From a virus, in IMG/VR virus record IMGVR_UViG_3300027971_000043, positions 1 to 64,000 of that record: a DNA stretch of 64,000 bases, one strand, 5' to 3'. Positions 1 through 9,133 of the stretch are shown piece by piece. Each line of letters begins with the position of its first letter. Position 1 is the first letter of the stretch. The position numbers and the translations under genes are program-made. The notes under the pieces were generated by a model. That model was given only the letters and a program-made list of their open reading frames with translations, had not been told where the DNA came from and searched no databases.

Positions 1-28
1 CGGTAGCCGCGTTGCTTGGAGGTGCAGT

Positions 29-979
29 ATGTATATTCTTAGCCGTAGTTTGGTTCGAATTGTGGGGGTATTTGCGATCATTCTGTCGTCGGTTGCTGGA
101 GCAGAAGAAAGACAAATACTTCCTTCTGTAGTCAGAATTCAGGTAATCACACCCAACGGTACCATGAGGGGTACGGGGTTTGCGGTTGAGGGTGGCGTCA
201 TCACAGCTGCCCACGTAGTCGAGAAATCAAACGAAGTCGATATCCTGTGCGGAGACGGCGACGATACGGTGGCATTTAGCGGTGATGTAGTCCGGAAAGA
301 TACTTTACTAGACCTTGCGTTTATTAAAGTTAAGAACGACTTTGACAAAGTTATTGATTTGCCGCCGGTCAAGTTCGACACGTCATTCCCCGTGAACCCC
401 GGTATCCCTGTTTATGCCATTGGCAATTCTTTGGGATTTACCCGTTCTATTTCCGCGGGCATCGTATCTGCCTCCGGTAAGAAGTCGGGAGAACGTTTCC
501 TGTATTCCGATGTGCTAACCAGGAAAGGCAACTCGGGCGGGCCGTTGGTCAACTCAAAGGGTGAGGTTATCGCCATTACTCTGGGGACAATCGACTTCAA
601 TGTAATAGGAGAAGCTAAGACAAAGGATTCCAATCCTGAGTTTACTTACTGCGTCCCGGCAGCTGATATCGTTGAGTTCCTAGAATCCCATAAGACCAAT
701 AGAAAGAACAATGCTTTCGTGGGCGTCCTTGGTAAATCGGTTACCACGGGTTTAGACCACCCTGGACTTGAGCAAGCCCTCCAGATAACGCGTACAGTGC
801 GTCCCTGTGGCCTCCAGGCGGGCGATATAGTCTATCTGTTAGCAGATCAGCCAATCACCTCACAACGCGATATAGTAAGGGTTATACGCACATTACAGCC
901 TGGTTCGCTGGTTAAGGCTGATATCCTTAGGAACGGTAAGTTCGAGACAGTTAATGTTTCTGTAGCTGAAACTCCTTAA
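29..979 (+). CDS. HtrA/DegQ-like trypsin-family serine protease with C-terminal PDZ domain
   Basis: Signal peptide; catalytic motifs TAAHVV, DLAFIKV, GNSGGPLVN; PDZ-like GLQAGDIV...ILRNGK. Confidence 0.9.
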   Translation: MYILSRSLVRIVGVFAIILSSVAGAEERQILPSVVRIQVITPNGTMRGTGFAVEGGVITAAHVVEKSNEVDILCGDGDDTVAFSGDVVRKDTLLDLAFIKVKNDFDKVIDLPPVKFDTSFPVNPGIPVYAIGNSLGFTRSISAGIVSASGKKSGERFLYSDVLTRKGNSGGPLVNSKGEVIAITLGTIDFNVIGEAKTKDSNPEFTYCVPAADIVEFLESHKTNRKNNAFVGVLGKSVTTGLDHPGLEQALQITRTVRPCGLQAGDIVYLLADQPITSQRDIVRVIRTLQPGSLVKADILRNGKFETVNVSVAETP

Positions 980-980
980 C

Positions 981-1544
981 GTGACTTTTGATACCCGTAC
1001 CGACCTGGTTAGGAACCTGGTTAGATCGGGAGGAGTAATCGCGGAGGTCGGAGTCCTCAACGGAGAGTTTTCAAAAGAGCTTATCAACATCCTCAACCCT
1101 TCCAGGATCTACATGATCGACCGATTCGCGGGCAACTGCTTCTCGGGAGATCGGGATGGAAACAACGGAGCAGTTTACGATCTAAATGCAGCTCACAGCA
1201 GTCTTGTGGAATATGCTAAGTCGAATCCAGCGGTAACTGTTTTGAGGGGGGATAGTTCAACGTTGTTGGGCACGTTAGAACCTGACTCGCTGGATATGGT
1301 CTATCTGGACGGTGACCATGAGTACTCGGGTTGCAAGAAGGACGTAATTGCGTCCTGGAGGCTATTAAAGGCCGGTGGATGGCTTATGGGCCACGACTAC
1401 GCTACCAACATGGACAAAGCGAAATCTAACTATGTTTTTGGCGTAAAGAAGGCTATCGACGAATTCTGTCAGAACTATAACCAATCCATCCATGCCCTTG
1501 GAAACGATGGTATGGTATCCTTTGCTATTAAGATCTCTAAGTAA
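981..1544 (+). CDS. Class I SAM-dependent methyltransferase (Methyltransf_24-like)
   Basis: EVGVLNG, DMVYLDGDHEY, LKAGGWLMGHDY motifs. Confidence 0.85.
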   Translation: MTFDTRTDLVRNLVRSGGVIAEVGVLNGEFSKELINILNPSRIYMIDRFAGNCFSGDRDGNNGAVYDLNAAHSSLVEYAKSNPAVTVLRGDSSTLLGTLEPDSLDMVYLDGDHEYSGCKKDVIASWRLLKAGGWLMGHDYATNMDKAKSNYVFGVKKAIDEFCQNYNQSIHALGNDGMVSFAIKISK

Positions 1545-1630
1545 TTGCATTAAAAGTGGAAGCACTTCTGCTTTCAGCAAAGAGACTTACGTAGGGTACA
1601 TGTACGTTTTGTAAGTCGTTGATACATGGA

Positions 1631-1950
1631 TAGGGTGGGGGTATGAAACGATGGTCGAATTGATCTATGTGGTTGAGTATTAGGATTCTAGGATTCGAAG
1701 GGTGGTAGGGTGGGGGGTGTAGGGGTGGTTTTGAACTCGTTGTTCCTACAGCTTTGTGTGTGCGGCGTGTGTGTGCAAACACCCGGAACGAGTTGGGATA
1801 CCCCCACCCAGTGGGACCACCCCCACCCTCTCTTTCTTTATATTTATATATATTAATAGTAAACATACACTTAGACAAGGACCCAAGGTTCGAAATTTGG
1901 GTGGGGGTACCCATTTTTGACCCCCCACCCTAGAGCATACCCCCACCCTA
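1631..1950. repeat. Array of GGGTGGGGG(G)T repeats in both orientations around an AT-rich core; candidate replication origin
   Basis: Copies near 1633, 1708, 1899 (+) and 1800, 1819, 1920, 1939 (-); TAGGGTGGGGGTATG 1631-1645 is the exact reverse complement of 1936-1950; AT tract about 1830-1866. Repeats are certain, function is inferred. Confidence 0.75.
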
Positions 1951-2667
1951 AATCGTAGCCCTTTGGGGCCAAACTCGAAGCAACGAAGCCATTTCCTCAT
2001 ATTTATCGACCATGGTCTTCTTGAACCCGCAGAAATGGTGCAATCGCTTGGATAGGTCAAATTCGTTGTAGCCGGCGAACAGTTGTACCTTTTGGGCTAT
2101 GTCGTGGCACTTGCCCACCTCGAAGTCTGTCGACAGGCAGATACCGTAGTTATAGGATGACTGCTCCAGGATAGCGTCATCTGGTAGTATCGTTTGGATA
2201 TGGGGCTCAAACAAGGATCTGACCTTGGCCGTGAACCTTAGGTCTTTGAACCCAAAGGTCCCAGCATTTAGCCCTTTTAGCATAGTGAACTTTAGCCTAT
2301 CCAAATTGGGTGCTCGCTTGTACTGAAACCATTCGTGACACATATCGTGCCGCTCTTCGGTTACAATCGTAAAGTCTTTGGTGGGGTCGATCAAATCCAT
2401 CGGGTTGCCGAAGTAGATAATGTCCGGGTCAAGAAACAGATAGTAGTCATATCCCTTAGGGATAAGTTCTGAGTACTTGAGGAAACCGCCGTACAAGTAG
2501 TCCTTTGAATCTACGATTGTTTTATGTTTGAATCCTTCTGGCCCCGGCTTGTTGGACATTACGCAGAAGTCGACGTTGTCCGGTAGAGTCATGTTCGCGA
2601 CAAGCAGATCGATACATTTGTGAGACTCCTCATTGAAGTCAGTCGCCGTATAGACCAGAACTCTCAC
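1948..2667 (-). CDS. GT-A fold glycosyltransferase (GT8/GT34-like)
   Basis: FLDPDIIY DxD motif, LNAGTFG, LEQSSYNY, HHFCG. Confidence 0.75.
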   Translation of the reverse strand: MRVLVYTATDFNEESHKCIDLLVANMTLPDNVDFCVMSNKPGPEGFKHKTIVDSKDYLYGGFLKYSELIPKGYDYYLFLDPDIIYFGNPMDLIDPTKDFTIVTEERHDMCHEWFQYKRAPNLDRLKFTMLKGLNAGTFGFKDLRFTAKVRSLFEPHIQTILPDDAILEQSSYNYGICLSTDFEVGKCHDIAQKVQLFAGYNEFDLSKRLHHFCGFKKTMVDKYEEMASLLRVWPQRATI

Positions 2668-2674
2668 GCGGCCG

Positions 2675-2702
2675 ATTGTATTTTGTCCTTTACAAAAGTC
2701 AA
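2675..2702 (-). promoter_or_regulatory. sigma70-type promoter, probably leaderless mRNA
   Basis: TTGACT-16-TACAAT, 7 nt before GTG at 2667. Confidence 0.7.
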
Positions 2703-2726
2703 AGGGATTGAGACACTGTACGGACG

Positions 2727-2945
2727 ATGAAGGCGACCCTTGAGTTTAATCTCCCCGAGGAGGAGACCAATTTTAGATATGCTATGAGCGCACACGATAT
2801 GGCGATGGTCATTACGGATCTTGGAATCTTTCTCCGTTCGAAGATTAAACATGAAATCTCAGATCCCGACCGACTCAACGCTTATGAAAATGTGCGCGAT
2901 GAACTTCATTCTTTGCTCGACGACCGAAACGTCACCCTCCCATGA
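2727..2945 (+). CDS. Conserved small phage protein
   Basis: MKATLEFNLPEE N-terminus resembles a common phage hypothetical family; ATGA overlap with next gene. Confidence 0.7.
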   Translation: MKATLEFNLPEEETNFRYAMSAHDMAMVITDLGIFLRSKIKHEISDPDRLNAYENVRDELHSLLDDRNVTLP

Positions 2946-3169
2946 AGCATCGAATCTTATCCCATCTGTATTACGCCCTGGGGCATGTATGGAGTTACTT
3001 CATGTGCTGGACTGGTTTTGGTTACCGCTTTTACTCTTGGGCGATGGAGAATTCCGTTAACCACGATATTGACTGTTCGCTTTGGAAGCCTGCACCCGAA
3101 AAGAAAATGGCTCGGTACCGGACAGCCCCGTTGGGTAAGAAAAAAAGCAACCGGCGCCGAAGATCGTAA
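2942..3169 (+). CDS. Hypothetical protein with basic tail
   Basis: ATGA overlap upstream, stop abuts next ATG. Confidence 0.6.
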   Translation: MKHRILSHLYYALGHVWSYFMCWTGFGYRFYSWAMENSVNHDIDCSLWKPAPEKKMARYRTAPLGKKKSNRRRRS

Positions 3170-3802
3170 ATGCCCACACTCAACGAAAACATCCCGAGTT
3201 TCAAGGCGCTGGTAAGGAAATCGTTCTTTACCAAAGACGAGACAGATAGAAACGAATTCTACAACGTATACGTGTTTGCCTTGCAGTCATACCCCGGGAC
3301 CATTCTCACCTTCCATGTGATGACCGATGCAGGGATGCTTCGAAGCCGAGTACCCATATCTGAGATCTATACCCACGAGCCCACTAATGACATCCCGTTT
3401 AACTACAAACAGCTTTGGGACTGCTTTAGCGAGAACGTGACCGTCAGCGAGTACAGCTTTCTTGGTTATCACAGAGCCCAGATTGTTTTGAGGGACGGAA
3501 CCAAGGTGTGGGGCACCTACCTATTTACGGTTGACTGGTTTAATAACCCCTACTCGGACGAACCCTCTGATTACAAATGCGGCCATGTGTTCGCCGCGGA
3601 TGACGGGTATTTGCTTTGCATGCCGAACAATCGAATCTTCTGGAGAGACTCCAACTGGGTAACCAAAAAGCTTCCCGAGGACCTCAAGCAATTTAAGGTG
3701 GACACCGAGCTACCTTCTGTGGAGAATCAGTCATCCCGATGGGTGACGGAGGATACAGACTCTTTCTACTACGACATCCATAAAAGAGAAGAGTCAACAT
3801 AA
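3170..3802 (+). CDS. Conserved phage hypothetical protein
   Basis: 210-aa ORF with LNENIP, QLWDCFS, YLFTVDW, PNNRIFW motifs; function unknown. Confidence 0.75.
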   Translation: MPTLNENIPSFKALVRKSFFTKDETDRNEFYNVYVFALQSYPGTILTFHVMTDAGMLRSRVPISEIYTHEPTNDIPFNYKQLWDCFSENVTVSEYSFLGYHRAQIVLRDGTKVWGTYLFTVDWFNNPYSDEPSDYKCGHVFAADDGYLLCMPNNRIFWRDSNWVTKKLPEDLKQFKVDTELPSVENQSSRWVTEDTDSFYYDIHKREEST

Positions 3803-3813
3803 AGGAGACACAT

Positions 3814-4569
3814 ATGAAACAACCCAAGATCGTAACCATCGGCACCCCCGCCTACGGCGGCCAGGTAACTAGCGGCTTTGCCACCGCACTAGCCGCATCT
3901 GTTAGCCTGTTCCAGAGCTACAACATGGAGTTGCATTGCATCCTCTTGACCGGACACTCTGTGATTCAGATGGCCCGCAACCGGGTACTTCGCGAGTTCC
4001 TTAAGACGGATAGCGAGATGCTTGTCTGGATTGATTCCGACATTTCATGGAACCCAATGGATTTGCTTAAGCTTTGCTTGCACGACGAGGAAGTAGTTGG
4101 CGCGACTTATCGAAAGAAGGTTGCTACTACCACCGAGTTCACAGTCCAATTGAAACGCGGAAACCTTGACCCCGACAAGCGCGGCTTGCTTGAAGTTGAC
4201 CGTATTGGCACTGGGTTCCTTCGCGTAACCCGCAAAGCCCTTGAAGATTTGACCAAGGACTGCAATCATCTCGACCTGCACAACAAGGCTAGCGAGTCCC
4301 ATACGATTGGCGGATCGGGCAAGTATCAGGACTCCCAGACCGAGTTCATCCACAATGTATTTGAGGTTGGGATTTACAAAGGCGAGTTCCTTTCTGAGGA
4401 CTTCATCTTTTGCGAGAAGCTCAAAGAGAAGGGCTACAAGATTATGATGGATACCAAAATTGATCTTGGCCACGAAGGGCCCTACATATACCGCGGAAGC
4501 ATTTCCCATTTCTTGGAATACATCAAGAAAGAAGATGCCGAGCCCGATGGTAAAGACAAAGTGGATTGA
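3814..4569 (+). CDS. GT2-like glycosyltransferase
   Basis: TPAYGG, ARN, WIDSDI, GTGFLRV, LSEDFIFC, LGHEG; AAGGAG RBS. Confidence 0.8.
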   Translation: MKQPKIVTIGTPAYGGQVTSGFATALAASVSLFQSYNMELHCILLTGHSVIQMARNRVLREFLKTDSEMLVWIDSDISWNPMDLLKLCLHDEEVVGATYRKKVATTTEFTVQLKRGNLDPDKRGLLEVDRIGTGFLRVTRKALEDLTKDCNHLDLHNKASESHTIGGSGKYQDSQTEFIHNVFEVGIYKGEFLSEDFIFCEKLKEKGYKIMMDTKIDLGHEGPYIYRGSISHFLEYIKKEDAEPDGKDKVD

Positions 4570-4960
4570 CCTAGCCATGCGGCTGGCCGACGCCGCGGCA
4601 AAAACAAGTCAGGATCAGTTCGTCCGAGTCGGCGCAGCGGTGCTCCGGGAAGACGGCTCCGTATGCGGGATTGGATACAACGGATATCCCCCGGGCTTTG
4701 AACTAACCAAACAGGAATCCTTGGACCGCGATTACCGGCGGGACTTTATGGTCCATGCCGAGACCAATGCCCTTGCTTACAGTCGCCCGGGCGAGCCACA
4801 CCTTTTGGCCGTCACTTACCCGCCTTGTAAAGCTTGCGTCCTGGAAGCAGTCCGATATGGCGTCAAATACATTGCTTACCGCGAGAGCAAGGATCGCGAC
4901 ATCTTTCCGTCTGACTACTTGGCGGCTCGGCTCGGTGTTACTTTGATCGTAGAAAAATAA
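4535..4960 (+). CDS. dCMP deaminase
   Basis: VGAAV, GYNG, HAETNAL, PCKAC zinc-deaminase motifs; start 4535 or 4547. Confidence 0.9.
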   Translation: MPSPMVKTKWIDLAMRLADAAAKTSQDQFVRVGAAVLREDGSVCGIGYNGYPPGFELTKQESLDRDYRRDFMVHAETNALAYSRPGEPHLLAVTYPPCKACVLEAVRYGVKYIAYRESKDRDIFPSDYLAARLGVTLIVEK

Positions 4961-5034
4961 AATAAATTTTTAAAGTACATATACGGTATTTTGGGTTTTT
5001 TCCGAGGGGGGTGGGGGTGGGGGTGCGTATCTCC

Positions 5035-5070
5035 TATGGGTAGATGATCCGATAGGATCGCCAACCCATA
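5035..5070 (+). promoter_or_regulatory. Leader hairpin with GATCC-GATA-GGATC cap
   Basis: TATGGGT/ACCCATA outer stem, GATCC/GGATC inner stem, just upstream of the RBS of gene 5094. Confidence 0.6.
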
Positions 5071-5093
5071 ACACTAAAAAGGAATAACATAAA

Positions 5094-5591
5094 ATGAAAT
5101 CGAAACAAGTAGCAATCAGCACAGCGAAAGACGCACTCGCACTCGTGGCGTCAACGGCGGAAAAAATCGTGGTTCGTTCGGCGAATGTCGAGCGAGCGAT
5201 CAAACCCAAATACGCATCATTTCACGATGGCGTTGCCTTGGGAATGTCGGGAAGAATCCTCTCACAAAAGAAATACGATGAAGCATACGGCAAGAGGATG
5301 ACACCAGAGGCTCTCTCCCTCTCCTACCAAGCGATTCAAGAAAAGATGAACACGCTAGGCGTTGATGCTTTGAATCGTCAAGCCAAGGCGGTAGGTGACG
5401 GCAAGCGTAAGGTGACTCGCATCTTCGCAAACCTCTCCAATGGTCGCACCATTGTCGAGACGATCACCACTAACAAGATGATCGACATCGAAGCCGTGGT
5501 CGAGGAGACGAAATTGAATGGCAAGGCGTGCGTATCTGCGGAACAGGCACAGGCCATTGCCCGCAACTTGGCGAGGCACAAACTCGCCTAA
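5094..5591 (+). CDS. Hypothetical early protein
   Basis: AAGGA RBS, 165-aa ORF followed by a terminator. Confidence 0.75.
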   Translation: MKSKQVAISTAKDALALVASTAEKIVVRSANVERAIKPKYASFHDGVALGMSGRILSQKKYDEAYGKRMTPEALSLSYQAIQEKMNTLGVDALNRQAKAVGDGKRKVTRIFANLSNGRTIVETITTNKMIDIEAVVEETKLNGKACVSAEQAQAIARNLARHKLA

Positions 5592-5605
5592 CGATTCGAG
5601 GAATC

Positions 5606-5642
5606 GAGGGGGGTGGGGGAAATCCCCACCCTCCTCTTTTTT
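5606..5642 (+). terminator. Intrinsic terminator
   Basis: GAGGGGGGTGGGG / CCCCACCCTCCTC stem followed by T6. Confidence 0.8.
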
Positions 5643-5699
5643 GTCAAAATCCAAAATTCACTATCATTATCAAGACAAGTGAGCTCTACATCAATGAAT

Positions 5700-6155
5700 C
5701 TAAGAATCAATGACCTGTCCCGCTACGCTATCGTTTCGAAGAACCGCGAGGTTCACGATGGTCTTGCCATTGCTTCCTTGATTCGAAGAAGCCAAGCCCA
5801 ATGTGGGGCGGGCAATGCGGTCAACCTTTTCGAGGACTTCAATATGATCTTTCAATTCTTTTCTAGTTCCAGGCATCTCGGCTTCGAGGACATCCAAGCT
5901 GTGGTCAACTTGATTGGCGATGCGGTTCAGATATCGGGACTGTTTATCAGTAGCATTCTGCACAACCTGCTTATCTATCTGCGTGCTAAGCTTCACAAGA
6001 TTTGCATCTTTCCGTGCAGCCCACTTGCATCTCCTAGCCTTGCTATCCAAGGTGTTGAGGTTCAAGCCATACGTCGATGCAATGAAGCTACGAGTCTTAC
6101 CACTTACGAAGTCCTTTTCGACAGCCTTCCAGTCAACATTCAAAGCTTTGGGCAT
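5700..6155 (-). CDS. Terminase small subunit-like HTH protein
   Basis: DWKAVEKDFVSG...IASTYGL...KARRCKW resembles the TerS N-terminal HTH; helical middle; VNLAVL-type tail. Confidence 0.6.
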   Translation of the reverse strand: MPKALNVDWKAVEKDFVSGKTRSFIASTYGLNLNTLDSKARRCKWAARKDANLVKLSTQIDKQVVQNATDKQSRYLNRIANQVDHSLDVLEAEMPGTRKELKDHIEVLEKVDRIARPTLGLASSNQGSNGKTIVNLAVLRNDSVAGQVIDS

Positions 6156-6161
6156 AAGCTG

Positions 6162-6190
6162 AGTTTATAGCCCATCGTGCATTAGGTCAA
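6162..6190 (-). promoter_or_regulatory. sigma70-type promoter, leaderless
   Basis: TTGACC-17-TAAACT, 6 nt before ATG at 6155. Confidence 0.6.
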
Positions 6191-6239
6191 TGCATCTTTG
6201 AATCAATGAAACACCAACCAAGAAAGACACTGAACTACA

Positions 6240-7019
6240 ATGAGTAACCCAGCGTATCTACAGAACTTCGGCAAGCTCCGTAAGGACATGCGGAAGCGTG
6301 AAGTGAGCGACACTATGTCTGCATCGGGCAGATGGGACGACCTGTTCCTCAGGGCAAGCAAGCCCTACCTACGCAAGAAGACTCGCCGTGAGTCAATGCG
6401 TAGGGAGACCAAGGTCTATGTAGCCAAAGGTTGCAAGCCTATCCCATTCATTCCTAACGGAGAGGTCACAACCCTCTTGGGCTTTACCTCTGACCCCTCC
6501 AAGGTCAAGTATCGTCTCGACTCCCCGAGCTATCCATCACGGGCAAGGGAGCTATCCCAAGAAGACCGCAAGCCTCAGACCTTCACCAAGCTTGTGCCTA
6601 CCGAGTGGAAGGATGTCTATTCCTCCCTGCGCTCAATGGTGCACAAGATCAGGATGCGTGACCGCAAGCTGACTAGGCAACTGGTCAAGGACTTCGCCCT
6701 GCTCTGGCCTATCCGCCATTCGCTCGCCAAGTCTGTGGGCAAGCGGGTCGAGGCTGAGATGTCCGCTGGCTTTACGGATGCCGTGCTGGTATCCCGCTCG
6801 CCGTCGGTGCCCAAGGTTGAGATGGTCATCAAGGCCAAGCCTCGCAAGGTCGGCAAGTCTGTCTATGAGGAGTTCGAGAAGATCAAGTCTATCCTACGCA
6901 AGATTGACCACAGCTCTCAACTGGCTCACGAGTCTTGGGATAAGAAGATTGCATCCGAGAGGCAAGATGCAATCCGCCGTCAGCGGGTCTTGCTGTCCAT
7001 CATTGAGGCTGGCAAATGA
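6240..7019 (+). CDS. Basic hypothetical early protein
   Basis: 259-aa K/R-rich ORF, ATGA-coupled to next gene. Confidence 0.75.
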   Translation: MSNPAYLQNFGKLRKDMRKREVSDTMSASGRWDDLFLRASKPYLRKKTRRESMRRETKVYVAKGCKPIPFIPNGEVTTLLGFTSDPSKVKYRLDSPSYPSRARELSQEDRKPQTFTKLVPTEWKDVYSSLRSMVHKIRMRDRKLTRQLVKDFALLWPIRHSLAKSVGKRVEAEMSAGFTDAVLVSRSPSVPKVEMVIKAKPRKVGKSVYEEFEKIKSILRKIDHSSQLAHESWDKKIASERQDAIRRQRVLLSIIEAGK

Positions 7020-7267
7020 ACTGCGTTATCTGTGACGATCTGATTGAACCAGCACGCTTAAACCTAGGCTTTTCAAAGTGCAAGGGCTGTGCCTTTCTGC
7101 ACCCTGAAGTCAAGGTCAAGGGAGCTATGGTCTATTCGGATAAGACGGCGGGGGCAATCAATGTGATGAGTCCTCAAAGCTTCAGTGATTACAAAAGAAT
7201 TTCGCGCAGGGTCGGTCAGCGTTCTGCACTACGGAATGTGCTTGATGCTGGCGGTCGCTCGCAATAA
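7016..7267 (+). CDS. DksA/TraR-like C4 zinc-finger protein
   Basis: CVIC-DDLIEPARL-...-CKGC pattern. Confidence 0.65.
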   Translation: MNCVICDDLIEPARLNLGFSKCKGCAFLHPEVKVKGAMVYSDKTAGAINVMSPQSFSDYKRISRRVGQRSALRNVLDAGGRSQ

Positions 7268-7286
7268 CCAAAAGGAGACACATACA

Positions 7287-7412
7287 ATGCAAACTGAAAC
7301 GGTAGATTGCCCCGTGTGCAAAGGCACGGGCTTGGATTGGAACAATGTATGGCCGACTGGCATGGCCTCGCACTGCGAGGAATGCGATGGCTACGGCGAG
7401 GTAAACAAATGA
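7287..7412 (+). CDS. 41-aa CxxCxGxG zinc-finger mini-protein
   Basis: AAGGAG RBS; CPVCKGTG and CEECDGYG. Confidence 0.65.
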   Translation: MQTETVDCPVCKGTGLDWNNVWPTGMASHCEECDGYGEVNK

Positions 7413-7774
7413 GCGTGATACTACCAATCGATGCTTACATTCAACTCAACGGCATCGAGTACTACGGCAAGGTGGTAAGGGACGGAACCCGAAACCACCA
7501 CCCTATGTCGGAGTATGTCGGCAAGCGGAAGTTTGATGTGGCCAAGATTCAGTCGGACGATAGCTGGACGCATTGGTATGTCTTCGAATCCGAGATGCCA
7601 TTGCCCAACCACTATGACTCCACGTTCGTTCACTCGCTGGACTATGCGAGCTGGATTGATGTGGACAGGGACGACTGCGAAGCTCCGGGACAGATGTTCC
7701 GTCGCAGAGCTAACATCTGGAGGATGGGTCGGTGGAAGATGCTCATCACCCAAAGCGGAGGGAGGGACATATGA
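7409..7774 (+). CDS. Hypothetical protein
   Basis: ATGA overlaps at both ends. Confidence 0.65.
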   Translation: MSVILPIDAYIQLNGIEYYGKVVRDGTRNHHPMSEYVGKRKFDVAKIQSDDSWTHWYVFESEMPLPNHYDSTFVHSLDYASWIDVDRDDCEAPGQMFRRRANIWRMGRWKMLITQSGGRDI

Positions 7775-8055
7775 GAGGTAGACCCATCGATCTTAAACAC
7801 GTCGTGAGCAATGCCAGCCAAGCTTACTATAATCGAAGGCTGAATTTTACCGACTGGAAAAAGAACCTCAATATGGCTAACCGCCGGAGCCGAACGACCC
7901 TCGCAATCAAGCGGAGCGAGGGCTTGGATTATCAGTACGCGTTGACTGATATTCATCGGAGCATCATCAAGAAAGTTATGATGACACCCGATGAAGCTTA
8001 CAACCGAAACAAGGTAACCAAGAAGCTTGGGCTTGCTTGGGTTATGTGCGGATGA
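7771..8055 (+). CDS. Hypothetical protein
   Basis: GGAGG RBS, ATGA coupling. Confidence 0.6.
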   Translation: MRGRPIDLKHVVSNASQAYYNRRLNFTDWKKNLNMANRRSRTTLAIKRSEGLDYQYALTDIHRSIIKKVMMTPDEAYNRNKVTKKLGLAWVMCG

Positions 8056-8140
8056 GTACCGAGACAATCAATCTATGGTACTGGCTGTTCGCACAGACCC
8101 CTTCACCAAAGCTTCATCACGGTAATAACTAAGGAGGAAT

Positions 8141-8320
8141 ATGCAAAGCAAACTATATAACAAGATGCTGAGTATCTATTACAAGCGGGGTGCGTGTGGA
8201 GTATATCACTACGCCAATCGCCACCCAAAGCAGTTCGAGAAAAGTGAACAGTGGTGCAATCAGTGCGAGGCAGAAACGCCCCGCATCAAGAGAAGAAAGA
8301 GCTGTGCCGTTTGCGGATAG
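8141..8320 (+). CDS. 59-aa zinc-finger protein (not in ORF track)
   Basis: AGGAGG RBS; CNQC...CAVCG; its TAG stop begins the repeat element. Confidence 0.65.
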   Translation: MQSKLYNKMLSIYYKRGACGVYHYANRHPKQFEKSEQWCNQCEAETPRIKRRKSCAVCG

Positions 8321-8370
8321 ACACAGTGCCCCCCTAGCACGGGGGCACAAGTCTGGCCGATAGGCTGGAA
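8318..8370 (+). repeat. Structured intergenic element, copy 1
   Basis: TAGACAC + GTGCCCCC/GGGGGCAC hairpin + AGTCTGGCCGATAGGCTGGAA (21 bp identical to 11067-11087). Confidence 0.85.
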
Positions 8371-8406
8371 ACAAAAGTAACACTAACCAAGAAAGGAACA
8401 TTTAAT

Positions 8407-8646
8407 ATGTTCTTCAAAGTAAAAGATAACAACAAGGTAGTAATCGAAGTGAAGCAAGGCGTATCGTCGGACGGGAGTCTGACTGGTCGCTTCTACACAG
8501 CCAGCATCAACGGATGGACTGGCGAGGGTCTGACTGAGCAGGACGCTGTGCGCGATCTTGACCAGACTCGGGCAGAAGCTTTAACCAAGCTTCACCACAA
8601 CAACCGCGCGTTTGGTACTCGGTTAACCTTTGAGGTTGCCCAATGA
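8407..8646 (+). CDS. Small protein, weakly HicB N-domain-like
   Basis: GEGLTEQDAVRDL resembles the GxTxEEA motif; AAGGA RBS. Confidence 0.55.
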   Translation: MFFKVKDNNKVVIEVKQGVSSDGSLTGRFYTASINGWTGEGLTEQDAVRDLDQTRAEALTKLHHNNRAFGTRLTFEVAQ

Positions 8647-8779
8647 TTTGGGGCGACTTCTTTGAGGTGATGACTATCATCATCCAGTTATTGATGGCGT
8701 TCATGATCATCCCAGCATGTCTTGTGTGTAGCGCGATTCTCATCGTGCGTCTTCTCAAGATAGTAGAAAAGGAGATCAA

Positions 8780-9133
8780 TTGAAAGCTGGCGACAAAATC
8801 TGGGTAGATGCCCAGATGATCGAGATCCTAAAAGGTCATAACTTGGGGCGGAAGTTCCGCTTGAACACTGGTGTGGTCGAGGTGGCTGGTGACATCTACA
8901 CCGACGACACGATGGTGCCAAAGGAATTGAATGTGAAAGTCGGTGACGCCCGATGGGTGAGCTTACCTCTTGGTGAGCTGGAACGCCCTTGGCGTTTCCC
9001 AACCTTCCGCCGTCTGCTTGCGGTTATCCGCTCGTGGACTGGTGACTGGTTGTTCCGTGCTCGCAAGCTCGAGCAGGGAATCGACATCGAAGAAACAATT
9101 AACAATGAGGAGAACGACAATGATCAAAGTTAA
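8780..9133 (+). CDS. Hypothetical protein
   Basis: AAGGAG RBS before TTG start. Confidence 0.6.
   Translation: MKAGDKIWVDAQMIEILKGHNLGRKFRLNTGVVEVAGDIYTDDTMVPKELNVKVGDARWVSLPLGELERPWRFPTFRRLLAVIRSWTGDWLFRARKLEQGIDIEETINNEENDNDQS

Noticed and set aside
1537-2060. Minus-strand ORFs 1537..1914 and 1746..2060
   Set aside because: Pro/Gly-rich translations of the G-rich repeat array with no protein-like features
5613-6170. 185-aa + strand ORF
   Set aside because: Antisense to the TerS-like gene, which has the promoter and motifs; it starts inside a terminator
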